Source: Planctomycetota bacterium
Lineage (GTDB): Bacteria; Planctomycetota; UBA11346
NCBI GenBank assembly: GCA_038231435.1
Contig: JBBRLJ010000015.1
Coordinates: forward strand, 32,001-96,000
DNA: 64,000 nucleotides
Direction of reading: 5' to 3'
Shown in pieces: positions 49,887 to 61,900 of the stretch. A program made the position numbers and the translations under genes. The notes beneath the pieces are model-generated. The model was not told where the DNA came from and searched no databases. It saw nothing but the letters and a program-made list of their open reading frames with translations. Each line of letters opens with the position of its first letter. Position 1 is the stretch's first letter.

Positions 49887-51599
49887 TCATGTCGGCCCGT
49901 CGCGGCGCAGCAGGTCGTCGGCGTTGCGCAGGCTGCGCGAGCGGAAGTACCACCACACGCCGGCGTAGACGGCGCAGGCGAGCAGCTGTGGCACCCACGG
50001 TCCTCCGGGCAGCCTCGAGATCTCGCCACTCTCAGCGAATCCGACGAACGCGACCGGGCTGAGCAGCAGGAAGAGGACGATCGGATTGTGGTCCGATGGC
50101 TCGAAGATCAGCAACGGCGCCAGCAGCAGCAACCCGACCCCGACGCTCCAACCCACCGCCGCGACGATCGCGATGATCACCGCCCGCCCATGGCGGCGGA
50201 CGCGCAGGCCGATCCATGCCGCCATCCAGGCGAACGCGGGCGGGATGACGATGGCGGCCTCGGCCGCGCCGAGCACGCGTGCGACGTCGGACGAATCGTC
50301 CCAGCGCGACCGCGTCTCTACCAGCAGGCGGAAGACCAGGATCTCGAGCAGCAGCACGGTCAGCACCCAGCGCATGCGCGTCAAGGCGCGCACCTTCTGC
50401 CTGACGATGTCGCGCGCACTCATCGGCGTGGTGAGCAGCACCTCGAGCGTCTGTTGCGAGCGTTCCGTGGCCACAACTCCAGCGCCCATCACCACCAGCA
50501 CCAGCACCGACAGTGACAGCAGCACGCACGACAGCACCGCATAGCCATCCCCACCGACCTGGTTGGTGCCCATGCCGACCAGCAGGAAGAACAGGCAAAC
50601 GTGCACCGGCAGGAAGATGCGCACCAGGTAGCGCACGTTGGCCAGCGAGCGGCGGTTGACCTCGCGCCATGCCACCGGATCCATGGCCGGCAGGTCGACG
50701 GCGACCTTGCGGCCCATGCGGCGGTCGATGCGGTTGAAGGCGTGGTCGAGCCAGCGGAAGCAGCGCAGCAGCGGATTGGCGCCCGTCAGCGCGGCGCGGC
50801 GGATGAGGGCGAAGCGCGCGATGAGCAGGAATGCCGCGACCGAGATCCACGCCGGAACGCTCGCGAGCAGCACCCGCCCATCGGGACGTGCGTCGAAGAG
50901 GAAGGCCGGGCAGATGAACTGCCAGTGTTCGACATCGAGGATGGTGCCGGTGAGCAGGCCATTGCCGTAGGATCGGCCGTACATGCTGCTGTTCCTGAGC
51001 ACCTCGCCAATCAGGGGAATGCCCAGATACATCGTCGCGACCACCACGTAGCTCAGGAAGAACGCCATGGTCGAACCGCGGCACCAGGCGCTGACCGCGA
51101 TGGACACCGCGCCCACCTGCAGCAGCGTCACGACGAGCAGGTACAGGCCAGCCCACATGCTGTCCTCGTCGATGCCGCCCAGCGACAGCGCGACGGCGAA
51201 CAGCGGCAGCGCGAGGAGCAGGAATCCGCCCATGGCGATCAGGCGCGACAGGTATTTCTGCGCCACCAGCTCCCATGGGCGCATGGGGGTGAGCATGAGC
51301 AGCACCAGGGTGCCCTGCTCCTTCTCCGAGGTGATGGTGCCGGCGGTGATGGCCGGCATGAAGAACGCGATGCCGATGAACAGGGCGACGAACAGGAACT
51401 CGAAGATCGGGGCGCCGGTGCCGAGCATGTCCAGCGCCCGCGATGAGCGGCTGCTCGCCGAGACGTACGCCACTGCGAAGCCGATGAACAGCATGGTGGC
51501 GAACACGCAGCGCAGCACGTAGGTGCGCTTGCGCGCCGAGATCTCGAGCAGCTCCTTGGCGAGCAGCGGCAACGAGGGGATGTACCGGGCGTTCAGCAT
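49887..51599 (-). CDS. ABC-2 type transporter permease (internally duplicated)
   Basis: PLLAKELLE, ITSEKEQGTL..TPM and ATERSQQTLEVLLTTPM. Confidence 0.85.
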   Translation of the reverse strand: MLNARYIPSLPLLAKELLEISARKRTYVLRCVFATMLFIGFAVAYVSASSRSSRALDMLGTGAPIFEFLFVALFIGIAFFMPAITAGTITSEKEQGTLVLLMLTPMRPWELVAQKYLSRLIAMGGFLLLALPLFAVALSLGGIDEDSMWAGLYLLVVTLLQVGAVSIAVSAWCRGSTMAFFLSYVVVATMYLGIPLIGEVLRNSSMYGRSYGNGLLTGTILDVEHWQFICPAFLFDARPDGRVLLASVPAWISVAAFLLIARFALIRRAALTGANPLLRCFRWLDHAFNRIDRRMGRKVAVDLPAMDPVAWREVNRRSLANVRYLVRIFLPVHVCLFFLLVGMGTNQVGGDGYAVLSCVLLSLSVLVLVVMGAGVVATERSQQTLEVLLTTPMSARDIVRQKVRALTRMRWVLTVLLLEILVFRLLVETRSRWDDSSDVARVLGAAEAAIVIPPAFAWMAAWIGLRVRRHGRAVIIAIVAAVGWSVGVGLLLLAPLLIFEPSDHNPIVLFLLLSPVAFVGFAESGEISRLPGGPWVPQLLACAVYAGVWWYFRSRSLRNADDLLRRDGPT

Positions 51600-51672
51600 G
51601 GAATGCGCGGCGCAGCGCCGGTCCGCGATCCTGCCGATGGCGCCGCTTCCAGCGCTGGCCGCCGGCCCACGA

Positions 51673-52605
51673 TCACGCGGTCTTGCCCTCGGTCAGCTTC
51701 ATGAACGCGGTCTCCATATCCAAGGCCTCGGGCTGGAACATGCGCATGCGCCCGCCGAGCTTGTGGATCGATTCATGGAGATCCTCGACCGCTAGTTCGC
51801 CCTCGCGCCACTGGATGGCCAGCCGGTCGGCTTGTGGCTCGACCCCCGCCACTCCGGGCAGGGCCTTGATCGAGGCGACCAGTTCGTCGGTGGCGTTCAC
51901 CAGCTGGACATGCACGACGCGCATCAGGTTCAGGCGCTGGAAGATCTCGTCGAGCGGGCCTTCGGCCATCATCTGGCCGGCCTCGATGATGCCGATGCGC
52001 GTGCACAGCTGGGCGAGCTCGTGCAGGATGTGGCTCGAGATGATGATGGTCTTGCCCAGACGCTGCAGCTCCTTGAGCAGTTCGCGCATCTCGATGCGGG
52101 CGCGGGGATCGAGCCCCGAGGCGGGCTCGTCGAGCAACAGCAGCTCGGGATCGTGCAGCAGCACGCGCGCCAGCGACAGTCGCTGCTTCATGCCGCGCGA
52201 GAGGCCATCGACCGGCGCGTCGATCTTGCCGGTGAGGTCGGTCAGGGCGAGCGCGTCGGCGATCAGGCCCTCGCGCTTGGCGCGCTCGATGCGGTACGCG
52301 GCGGCGAAGAAGTGCAGGTATTCACGGACGGTGAGGTCTTCGTAGACGCCGAAGAAGTCCGGGACGTAGCCGATGTTGCGGCGGATCTTCGCGGGATTCT
52401 TGGCGACGTCGATGCCGCCGATCGATGCCGTGCCGCCAGAAGGCTTCAACAGCGTGGCGAGCACCTTGATGGTAGACGACTTGCCGGCCCCGTTGGGGCC
52501 GATGAAGCCGAAGAGCGCGCCCTTCGGGATCGAGAACGAGATGCCCTTCACCGCCTCGAGCTTGCCATACTTGACGCGGAGATTGTCGATCTGGACGAAC
52601 GTCAT
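51673..52605 (-). CDS. ABC-2 type transporter ATP-binding protein
   Basis: GPNGAGKS, LSRGMKQR, LLLDEPA and ISSHIL; AGGAG SD. Confidence 0.92.
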   Translation of the reverse strand: MTFVQIDNLRVKYGKLEAVKGISFSIPKGALFGFIGPNGAGKSSTIKVLATLLKPSGGTASIGGIDVAKNPAKIRRNIGYVPDFFGVYEDLTVREYLHFFAAAYRIERAKREGLIADALALTDLTGKIDAPVDGLSRGMKQRLSLARVLLHDPELLLLDEPASGLDPRARIEMRELLKELQRLGKTIIISSHILHELAQLCTRIGIIEAGQMMAEGPLDEIFQRLNLMRVVHVQLVNATDELVASIKALPGVAGVEPQADRLAIQWREGELAVEDLHESIHKLGGRMRMFQPEALDMETAFMKLTEGKTA

Positions 52606-54944
52606 GGCGTCGCTCCTGGGCTTGGTTGATCGGTCGATGGCGCCGACTCGGCAGGCAGGTCGTGGAACATCCTGCGGGCCACCCACAGCGTGTCTCCCTC
52701 GCGCACCGCGGCGACCAGCAGCCATTGGCGAGCATCGCTGGCATCGAGCACGGCGAAGTCCTCGAAGGTCGCACCGCCCGCCGGCGAGACCTGCGACACC
52801 AGCGCGAACCATCCGCAGGCCGGATGCACGCACATCCACGACAGCCAGTCGCGGTTGGAGTCTTCGTTGTAGCCGCGCGCGCTCTCGCGCCGTGGCGTGA
52901 GCGAATCGCGGCTGCCCTTCAGCACGTTCTGCTGGCCGGCGTGGTAGACCGCGATGAACGTACCGGGATGCTTGGCCACGATCTCGCTGGCGTACGCAGC
53001 GAGGGTCGGGTCCTCGGCCCCTGTGAAGTCGCGGTCCAGGTGGAAGGGGGCGTTCGCCGGCGCCTCGAAGGACAGGCTGCGGCGCAGGCGCGGATCCCAC
53101 TGCCCGATCTCCTGGGCGACGCGGTAGTGCCCGGGCACGGAGCCGTCGTAGTCGGGCACCGACGATACCGCCTCGGTCGATCTGCCGCGCGAGCGGTATT
53201 GGTACTGGAGGCCACCTTGCGATGCGTCCTCGCCGCGATTGAGGTCGCACCACAGCGCGTCGTGGACCTCGGTGGCGATGGTCGCGCGATCGCTGGTGAA
53301 GACCAGTTCGACCGCGTTGTCGCGCAGGGTCTCGCCGCCGTGGCCGTAGTCGACGACCTCGAGCTTCTGGCGGTTGTCCGAGGCGCCGAGGTAGTGGCGT
53401 GAGAGCCTGACCATGAACACGGTGAAGCCGATCGCCACCGCGGGGAAGAGGATCCAGGTGTAGCGTCGCGCGCGCAGCCAGCCGAGCAGGATCCAGTCGC
53501 CCGGGCCGACGGCGAGCACGAACAGCAGGAAGACCGTGAACACCACGCTGAAGGGGATGATCATCACCTGGGCCGGGACCAACAGGTTGGTCAGCGAACC
53601 GCCCATCGGCAGGGCCACGTGACGGAACGAGATATGCTGGCGTTCGTCGGTGTTCTGCTGGTTGTTGTAGCGGTTGTACTGGTTCTGCAGCTCCTTCTGC
53701 GTGGTCTCGGTGTCGTCCTTCACCAGCCGTGCTTCGTCGGTGGCGCCGGTGGCGGTGAGGATGCGCGCCTGCACATCGCGGACCTTCCATAGGAAGGATG
53801 GCAGCCAGGCCAGTGACTGCTGCCGGCTCGCGTCCACCGCGATGCCCAGCGGGATGATCGCGACACGGCCGATCCCGCTCGGCACCGCCAGCGTTCCATT
53901 GCTCGAGCCTCCGCTACCGCCTGTGATGGCCAGGTGCTGACGTGCGTCGCGCGACGCGAGTACCGCGTCAGACTTGCCGCCATCCGCGATCAGCCTCTGG
54001 ATGAACGCGAAGGCCTCGTCGGACAATGGGCCCTCGGGCATCAGGCAGAGCGAACCGCCTCCGCGAGTCCAGCGCTCGAGCGCCACGAGCTGCTTGTCCT
54101 TCAGTCGCGAGATGCCATCGCCAGCGAGGACCACCACGTCGAAGGCGCACCAGGCGAGCGGTTGGCTGGTCAGATCCGCCTCGTTCAGCCGCACCACCAC
54201 GGTACGTACATCAGGGCGATAGGGTTCCTCTTCGTCGTCGCTGGCTGGCGCCGTCTCGGTAGCTGGAACGGGCTTCGCCGGCTTACCGTGCTCGGCTTTC
54301 TTTGTCTTAGCCTGTGGCTTGGCCTTGGGCGGGGGTGTGGCCACTGCGAGGAAGCGCTCGATCGAGGTCAGCAGCAGCATCGATCGTACGTCGACGCCGG
54401 ACAGGCACAGCCCGAGGCAGAGCGGGCGCTCGCGCCGGCCTTCGATCGCCAGCGTGTGCGAGTCCAACGCCACCGGCTTGTCCCCGTCGAGCCATTCGAC
54501 GGTGGCATCGAGCTCGCCATGCTCATCGGTGATCGGCAGCGGCGGCAGCAGCACCTCGCTGGTGCGCGCGCCGTGCGCGAGCGTCCACTCCGGCCCGGTC
54601 CAGGTGAACAGGCTGTCGTGCCCGTCGTGCACGTGCACCCGCAGTCGGCCGGTACGCGGGCCCGCGCCGTCGCTGGCGATGGTGACGCTCAGCGGCAGCG
54701 GCGCGTTGGGACGCGGATAGAGGATGTGGGTGGCCAGCGACAGAGCGAGTCCGTCCTTGCGCGACACCTTGTTGGTGGGCACGGCCACGACCTCGGGAGC
54801 CGGCACGGGCTCGTCCGTTGTCGGGTCGGTGTCTTCTGCGTGCACGTAGCCGGCGAGGAGCGCGAGCATGAGCGGCGGGAGCCACGCCGCGCAGCGCCGC
54901 GGCGTCATGACGAAGGCACCCAGGAGTGCGGTTTTACCGGTCAT
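52602..54944 (-). CDS. Membrane protein with GATase-like periplasmic domain and two TM helices
   Basis: Signal peptide, FDVVVL..ALERWTRGGG, VGPGDW..RRYTWI TM pair; ATGA overlaps at both ends. Confidence 0.72.
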   Translation of the reverse strand: MTGKTALLGAFVMTPRRCAAWLPPLMLALLAGYVHAEDTDPTTDEPVPAPEVVAVPTNKVSRKDGLALSLATHILYPRPNAPLPLSVTIASDGAGPRTGRLRVHVHDGHDSLFTWTGPEWTLAHGARTSEVLLPPLPITDEHGELDATVEWLDGDKPVALDSHTLAIEGRRERPLCLGLCLSGVDVRSMLLLTSIERFLAVATPPPKAKPQAKTKKAEHGKPAKPVPATETAPASDDEEEPYRPDVRTVVVRLNEADLTSQPLAWCAFDVVVLAGDGISRLKDKQLVALERWTRGGGSLCLMPEGPLSDEAFAFIQRLIADGGKSDAVLASRDARQHLAITGGSGGSSNGTLAVPSGIGRVAIIPLGIAVDASRQQSLAWLPSFLWKVRDVQARILTATGATDEARLVKDDTETTQKELQNQYNRYNNQQNTDERQHISFRHVALPMGGSLTNLLVPAQVMIIPFSVVFTVFLLFVLAVGPGDWILLGWLRARRYTWILFPAVAIGFTVFMVRLSRHYLGASDNRQKLEVVDYGHGGETLRDNAVELVFTSDRATIATEVHDALWCDLNRGEDASQGGLQYQYRSRGRSTEAVSSVPDYDGSVPGHYRVAQEIGQWDPRLRRSLSFEAPANAPFHLDRDFTGAEDPTLAAYASEIVAKHPGTFIAVYHAGQQNVLKGSRDSLTPRRESARGYNEDSNRDWLSWMCVHPACGWFALVSQVSPAGGATFEDFAVLDASDARQWLLVAAVREGDTLWVARRMFHDLPAESAPSTDQPSPGATP

Positions 54945-56884
54945 GGAGGGGATCCAGAGGAGAATGAGGGTCTGCGGTGGAAGTACCACCATTCGGCGAG
55001 GCACACAAGGATGGCGGCCAAGGCGAGCTTGGGCCACAGCGCGCGCTCGCCGGGTATCGCGCCGGCCGACGCCTGGACGGCGACTTCACGGAAGCGCACG
55101 CTCTCGACGCTGCCCAGGCGGGTCTCGGTGGCGTTGAGCAGGCCGACGCCGACATCGATAGCGCGCCCGGGCGACGCCATGTGATAGATGCCAGCGCGAG
55201 CGGCGCGGACGCCGGCGACCACTCCATCGCCATCCGCGACCGCCGCGATGTGGCCACCGCCCGGAATGTCGACCATCACGGACTGACCCGCGCCGATGGA
55301 GATCGGCGGCAGCACGCCGGTCGAGACGCACGTGCTCTCGGCCTGGCCGGTCGCGCCCATGGCGGCTGAGACCAGATTCGCGACCAGCACCGGGAAGCCG
55401 ACGCGGTATGGCAGGGTCGAGCGATCGCTATGGAAGAGCAGGTGGCAGTCGAGCGCGCCACCGCGCGAGCGGGCGATCATCAGTGGGCCGCGATCGCCGT
55501 GCACCAGCACCTCGAAACCGAGCGCCTCGAGCTCCTTCTCGCCGCAGCCTGGAGCGAACGACACGCGTTCGTTCACCAGCAGGTCGTCGAGCACGACGTG
55601 CGCGAGCAGCGCGTCGCTGCGGCGGTAGTCCACCAGCGAGCTGCCTCCTTCGCCTGACACCGTGATCATCTCGCGCAGCGCCGGGGGCACCAAGCCGACG
55701 GTGACGCGCACGGCGGCGGGGAGCGCGGCTTCCGAGACCTGGTCGGTGATGGTCAGGTCGTAGGACACCGGCTTCGCATCTCCCGTGGTTGGCGCACCCG
55801 CGTCGGCGGCGCCGGCCGCCGGATGCAGATCGAGGCCCCCGAGAGCTGATGCGGCATGCCGCCACGCGCGCAACGCCGGCGCAATCCACACGCGCATCGG
55901 TCGGATCGCCGGCAGCACCAGGTAGGCGCGGTCGTCGGCGGCGAGAGCGTCGAAGCCGTCGCTATGCAGCCGCGCTTCGAGCTCGATCGCCTCGTCGCCC
56001 GGCACCAGGAACGAGACGCGTTCGACCCCGTTGGCCTGCGGTTGCAGCGGGCGCTGCTCGAGCACGTGACCGCCCGAGACCAGCTCGAGCGTGGCGCTCG
56101 CTGGCGCTTCGGCGGCTGACTCGATGCCGATGAACACCTCCCAGTGCCCGTCGGCGCGGCGTTGCGCGTTGCACGAGGTGATGCCGAGATTCGGCGGGGC
56201 CCCCGCGGTGGCCACGCGGCGGTAGTCGAGCTTGAAGGCCAGCTCGGCGTCGACCTGCTCGGGCAGGTTGCCGTCGGTCACCAGCTCGGCGCGCTCGAAC
56301 CCGGTGGTGCGGGCGAGCGCCTGGGTGAGCTGCAGGGCGGTGGTCGGATTCGACGGTACGTCCTCGATCTCGATCGCATCGAGCGCGTCGTGAAGCTCGC
56401 GCTTGTTGCTGGTGAAGCCGGTCAGCCGGCGCCCGTCGCGCGCGAAGGCGATCAGGCAGATGTCCTGATCGTCGGTGCGATCGTCATCGGTCTTGCCGAG
56501 GTTGTCGATGCGTTCTCGCACCAGGCGCTTGGCTTCGTCGAGGCGCGTGCGCCCGTGCGGCTTGTCCAGGGCGCCCATGCTCGCGCTGTGGTCGATGAGG
56601 ATCGGCAGATGGCGGCCGGCGCCATTCGCGCCGTGGAAGAAGGGCTGCATGGCTGCCAGGCATAGGCACGCGAGCAGCAGCAGCTGGAGCAGCAGCAGGA
56701 TGTTGCGCTTGAAGCGCTGGAACGGGGAGTTGACGCGCCGGTCCTCCATCACCTGGCGCCACAGCACCAGCGAGGGGATCTCGGCGCGATCGCGGCGCAA
56801 CTTGAGGAAATAGAACACCACCACCGGCACGGCGAGCGCCGCCAGAGGCCAGTAGCTCAGGCCATGGAAGCCCATCGCGCTCAT
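54941..56884 (-). CDS. BatA-domain / vWA membrane protein
   Basis: PVVVFYFLKLRR..PSLVLW..LLLLQLL..QP, MIDAS DHSAS, LVTDG, C-terminal AEWWYFHRR. Confidence 0.88.
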   Translation of the reverse strand: MSAMGFHGLSYWPLAALAVPVVVFYFLKLRRDRAEIPSLVLWRQVMEDRRVNSPFQRFKRNILLLLQLLLLACLCLAAMQPFFHGANGAGRHLPILIDHSASMGALDKPHGRTRLDEAKRLVRERIDNLGKTDDDRTDDQDICLIAFARDGRRLTGFTSNKRELHDALDAIEIEDVPSNPTTALQLTQALARTTGFERAELVTDGNLPEQVDAELAFKLDYRRVATAGAPPNLGITSCNAQRRADGHWEVFIGIESAAEAPASATLELVSGGHVLEQRPLQPQANGVERVSFLVPGDEAIELEARLHSDGFDALAADDRAYLVLPAIRPMRVWIAPALRAWRHAASALGGLDLHPAAGAADAGAPTTGDAKPVSYDLTITDQVSEAALPAAVRVTVGLVPPALREMITVSGEGGSSLVDYRRSDALLAHVVLDDLLVNERVSFAPGCGEKELEALGFEVLVHGDRGPLMIARSRGGALDCHLLFHSDRSTLPYRVGFPVLVANLVSAAMGATGQAESTCVSTGVLPPISIGAGQSVMVDIPGGGHIAAVADGDGVVAGVRAARAGIYHMASPGRAIDVGVGLLNATETRLGSVESVRFREVAVQASAGAIPGERALWPKLALAAILVCLAEWWYFHRRPSFSSGSPP

Positions 56885-57777
56885 GCGATCCACCCGCCGC
56901 GGCGCATGCGTTCGAAGAGCAGCGATTCGAGGGACTCGGCGGATGACGTGGCGATGAAGCGTCCGCCGCGGGCGGTGCACCAGCCGTCGAGTTCGGTCTG
57001 CCAACGGGCGCGGTGCTCGTGATAGAGCTGCATCAGGTCGCCCAGTCCCGAGACGTCGAGCGTCTGCTGCGATTCGCTGTCGACCAGGCGCAGATCACCC
57101 GAGACTTCCGGATCGAGTTCGGTCGGTCCGAGGATCTGCACGGCGAGGGTTTCGAGCCCTGAGGCGAAGAGGCGGTTGAACGAGCCCTTGACGTCGCCCT
57201 CGCTGAGGAAGTCGGAGAGCACGATCGCCATCCCTCGTCCGGCGTGGTGTGCCAGGGCGAGGTCGACGATGCGTTCGATCGGTACCGCCGTCCCGGTCTC
57301 TGCGATGCCCTCGATCGCGGTCAGCGCGCGGCGCATCGCCGGACGCCCGCGCGTCGAGCGCACCACCTGGCCGTCGCCGATCCCTGGTGCCCACACGCTG
57401 ACGCGCTCGTTCGAGAACAGGCCCATCACCGCGAAGGCAGCGGCAAGCTGGCGCGCGCGCGCCAGCTTGCCCTCGAAGCACATCGAGCGGCTGGCGTCGA
57501 CGAGAATGAGGATGTGGCGCTCCTCCTCGAGGCGGAAGGTCTTGAGGTACGGCCGGTGCAGGCGCGCGAAGGCGTTCCAGTCGACGAAGCGCAGATCGTC
57601 GCCAGCGGCGTAGTCGCGGTAGTCTGCGAAATCGGTGCTGGTGCCGCCGCGGCCAGAGAGGTGGTCACCGCGACCGCGCGCCGTGGTCTTGCGGCGCGGC
57701 TGGATGCGCAGGCGCTCCAGCCGGGCGACGACGTCGTTCGGGAGGAGAGCGCTCAGCCGTGCTGAGGCCTGGTTCAT
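56881..57777 (-). CDS. DUF58 domain protein
   Basis: DFADYRDYAAGDDLRFVDWNAFARL, DASRS and LSDFL. Confidence 0.92.
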   Translation of the reverse strand: MNQASARLSALLPNDVVARLERLRIQPRRKTTARGRGDHLSGRGGTSTDFADYRDYAAGDDLRFVDWNAFARLHRPYLKTFRLEEERHILILVDASRSMCFEGKLARARQLAAAFAVMGLFSNERVSVWAPGIGDGQVVRSTRGRPAMRRALTAIEGIAETGTAVPIERIVDLALAHHAGRGMAIVLSDFLSEGDVKGSFNRLFASGLETLAVQILGPTELDPEVSGDLRLVDSESQQTLDVSGLGDLMQLYHEHRARWQTELDGWCTARGGRFIATSSAESLESLLFERMRRGGWIA

Positions 57778-57779
57778 GT

Positions 57780-57890
57780 CGACTTCCCCTGCCGTGCAGG
57801 GATTCCGGCTGCGCTGGAATCGCCAACTCCGCTGGCCGAAGTCGGTGTCTTCTCCGGGGGCTGTCCGCCCCCGGAACGCGCCTCCGGCGC
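57780..57890. repeat. Intergenic multi-hairpin element including a REP-like GGGGGC/GCCCCC hairpin
   Basis: CGACTTC/GAAGTCG encloses three hairpins; TCCGGGGGC-tgtcc-GCCCCCGGA at 57853-57875. Confidence 0.6.
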
Positions 57891-57916
57891 TTCCCCGCGC
57901 AGCCTGCGGCTACTGC

Positions 57917-58924
<1,008 letters not shown>

Positions 58925-58988
58925 GTGGTGTTCCTTGCGTGTCGGGAAGGCGTTGTCTGAGGAGGATACGAGCGGGTGCGCTGGGTGT

Positions 58989-61900
58989 TCAGGGTCGTTT
59001 GGGTGGTTCGGGCGGATTCTGGTTCTCTTGCTGGCGTTTGCGCTTGGCCTCGAGCAGTTTCCCGGTGGTACCGCCAGCGGCGGGCGGAGTGCCGGGTTTC
59101 ACCGCCGGTTTGGCCGCGGCCGGTGGCGCCGACACGGCGCCTGGAGAGGTGGGAGGCGCTGACGACGACGGCGCGGTTGGAGCCATGGGTTGGCGGCTCG
59201 GCGGCATGTGCGCGGCCTTGCCCGTGGGCAGCACCACCTGCTGTTTGCGATTCAGCAGCGCGCCCATGGTGGCGGTGGACTCGGCCCGCTCACCGCGCCG
59301 GAACCTGCCGAGCACCGCCGCGACCATCGCGCGCGGATCGATCTGCACGCGCCGCAGCGCGACGTCCAGCGGCAGCAGACACGCGAGCGCGACCAGGAAC
59401 CAGTCGAACACCGGGCGCGAGGTGCGCTGCGGCTTGCGCTCGATGCCGTAGAGCGCCTTGCCGTCCTCGGTACCGGTGAGCATGCGCCCGCCGGTGCGGT
59501 CGACGATGCGCTGCAGCACCAGCGGATTGGCGCGGAAGCGCAGGTACTCGGCGGAATACGGCACCGCGAGCCCGGCGAAGGCGCGCTCGCGACGCGCCTG
59601 GTCGCCCGAGCCGCCCACCGCCGAGACCACGACTTGATAGCGGCCGGTTCCGGCGAGGGGGAAGTCGGCGCTGTAGCGCCCCGGCGCGACCTGCTTGAGT
59701 TCGAGATCGATGCGCGACGAGTTCGGCGTGGCCACGCGCGCCGCCACCTGCAGGAAGCCGCCAGCCGGGTGGTGGTCCTCGACGGTGATCATGCCGACGT
59801 TGCCGCTGGCCTCGACCTTCATGCGCAGGTGTGACTGGTCCTGTGAGCGGCCGATGTGCGTCATCAGCTGCTCGACGAACGCCTGGTACTTCTCCCACTC
59901 CACCCAGCCCGCGGCCCAGTTCGGGGACAGGTCCGACGTCCACGCCGCGGTGGTGCCAACGCCGAAGCGCCACACCGCCAGCACCGGATCCTCCTCCTCG
60001 GGATCGGGCCCTTCGAGCACGGTCACCGAGCGCGGCTTCGGCGTGGTCAGCGTGTAGCCCTTCAGCGGCGGCAGGGCGTCGATGCCCTTCATCACTGGCG
60101 AGGGGAACTGCGCCTTGGGCGTGAAGGTCAGGTTCTGGATCTGGCTGCGCTTGAGGGTCTTCGCCTCCTTGATGAAGATCGAGGGCAGGCGATCGGGATT
60201 CTGCGGAAAGTAGTAGCGCCCGCCGGTGGCCTGCGCGACCGCCTTCATCACCCCGGGATCGACGCCGCCGTGCGGAAACACCGCCACCATCGAGACGCTG
60301 ATCTTGCTGGCGACGAACTTCTGCAGGAGCTCGGGCGGTGGTGGCGCTGGGTCGCCGTCCGAGATGATGATCATGTGTTTGGTCGCGGCGTCGTTGGCCT
60401 TGAGGCCGTCGTAGCCGATCTGCATGATGCGGGCGAAGCTCGGCATGTCGCCGGGTTCGGCGGCCTCGACCAGTGGCGCGAGCTTGTCGAAGTCGCCCGC
60501 CGGCGAGAGCGGGAAGACCCACTGCTCGGCGCCGGTGTAGGAATAGTCGAGCACGCCCACGTCGTCGCGCGCGCCCAGCACCTTGATCGCCTGCTTGGTG
60601 ATGCGCTTCGCCCAGGTGTTGCCCTCGGGGAATTCGCAGGTGTGCAGCACGATCGCCAGTGCGCCCTTCGGCATCACCTTGCGCTGGTTGATGTCCATGG
60701 TCACCGGCAGCGCCTCCTCGATCGGGGTGCGGTTCCAGCCGCCGGGGCCGTAGCCGTTGGGCCCGCCGATCATCAAGAAGCCGGTGCCGAGGTCGTACAC
60801 CGCGTCGCGCAGCGCCTGTTGCTGCAGCTGGGTCACGGCGTCGGCGGGCACGTTCACGAACACCACCGAATCGTAGGGCAGGTACGACAGCGGATCGTCA
60901 GAGAGCTCGTGCGCGGGGCGGATCTCCACCGCGCGCTTGGATTCGGCGAGCGCCTTGGCGAAGGTCTGGTAGTCGCGCGGGTCGGACTGCGAATCGGTGA
61001 CCAGCAGCACCCGGCCCTCGCCCTGGAGGTTGATCGAACCGAGCGCGACGTTGTTCTCGCGCCAGCCGTCGCGGTCGGGCGGCGGCTCGATCACCGCCGC
61101 GTACTCGTAATAGCCGGGGCCGCGCAGGTAGAGCGGCATGGTGTAGCGGTTCTTGCCTGCACGGTAGGTCACCTGGCGGCGCGACACCTCGTGGCCGTTC
61201 TCGCGCAGCACCAGGTCGCCGTGGCCGTCGGTGAGCGAGCCGAGCACCACGTTCGCCTCGTAGGTCTGCTCGGGGCGCACGTCGTCAGGCAGCTCGATCT
61301 TCTCGAGCCAGACCTCGTACTCGCGGGCGTACGCGACCGAGAGCACGTCCACCGGGATCTTGCGCGCGGTGAGCTGGTCGAGGGCTCGGTCGAGATCGCC
61401 CTCGGTCGCGGTGCCGTCGGAGATCAGCACGATGCGCCCGGGGTTCTCCTCGGGCAGCACCGCGGCCGAGAGCGACAGCGCCTGCTCGAGGTTGGTGCCA
61501 TCCTTGGCCACGCGGGCATTCAGATTCTCGAACGGGAAGGCCTGGCGCGGTGGGAGCTCGACGGCGGCGTCGCGGCCGAAGACGACCATGCCCGCCTGAT
61601 CCTGCTGGGGCTTCTGCTGGACGGTCTTGAGCATCCACTCCACCGCGTGGTCAGAGACCTTCTCGCCTATGGAATCGGATTCGTCGAGCGCGTAGACCAG
61701 GCTCAGCGTGTCCGAGCTGCGCACCGCGCGCGGCTCGGCCATGAGCATCGCGAACAGCCCGATCATGGCCAAGCGGGCGAACAGCGAGAACGCGCCGCGC
61801 ACCCCGCGCATGCCGCCCCAGCCCGCGACATGCAGCCACCACGCCCACGGCGCCGCGGCGAGCCACAGGAACTGCCACGGCGCGGCGAAGAGCACCCGGT

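Noticed and set aside
49846..49890. Possible frameshift at the start of the middle permease (out-of-frame ATG overlapping the upstream stop)
   Set aside because: In-frame GTG at 49855 gives an N-terminus matching both paralogs, so no pseudogene call is needed
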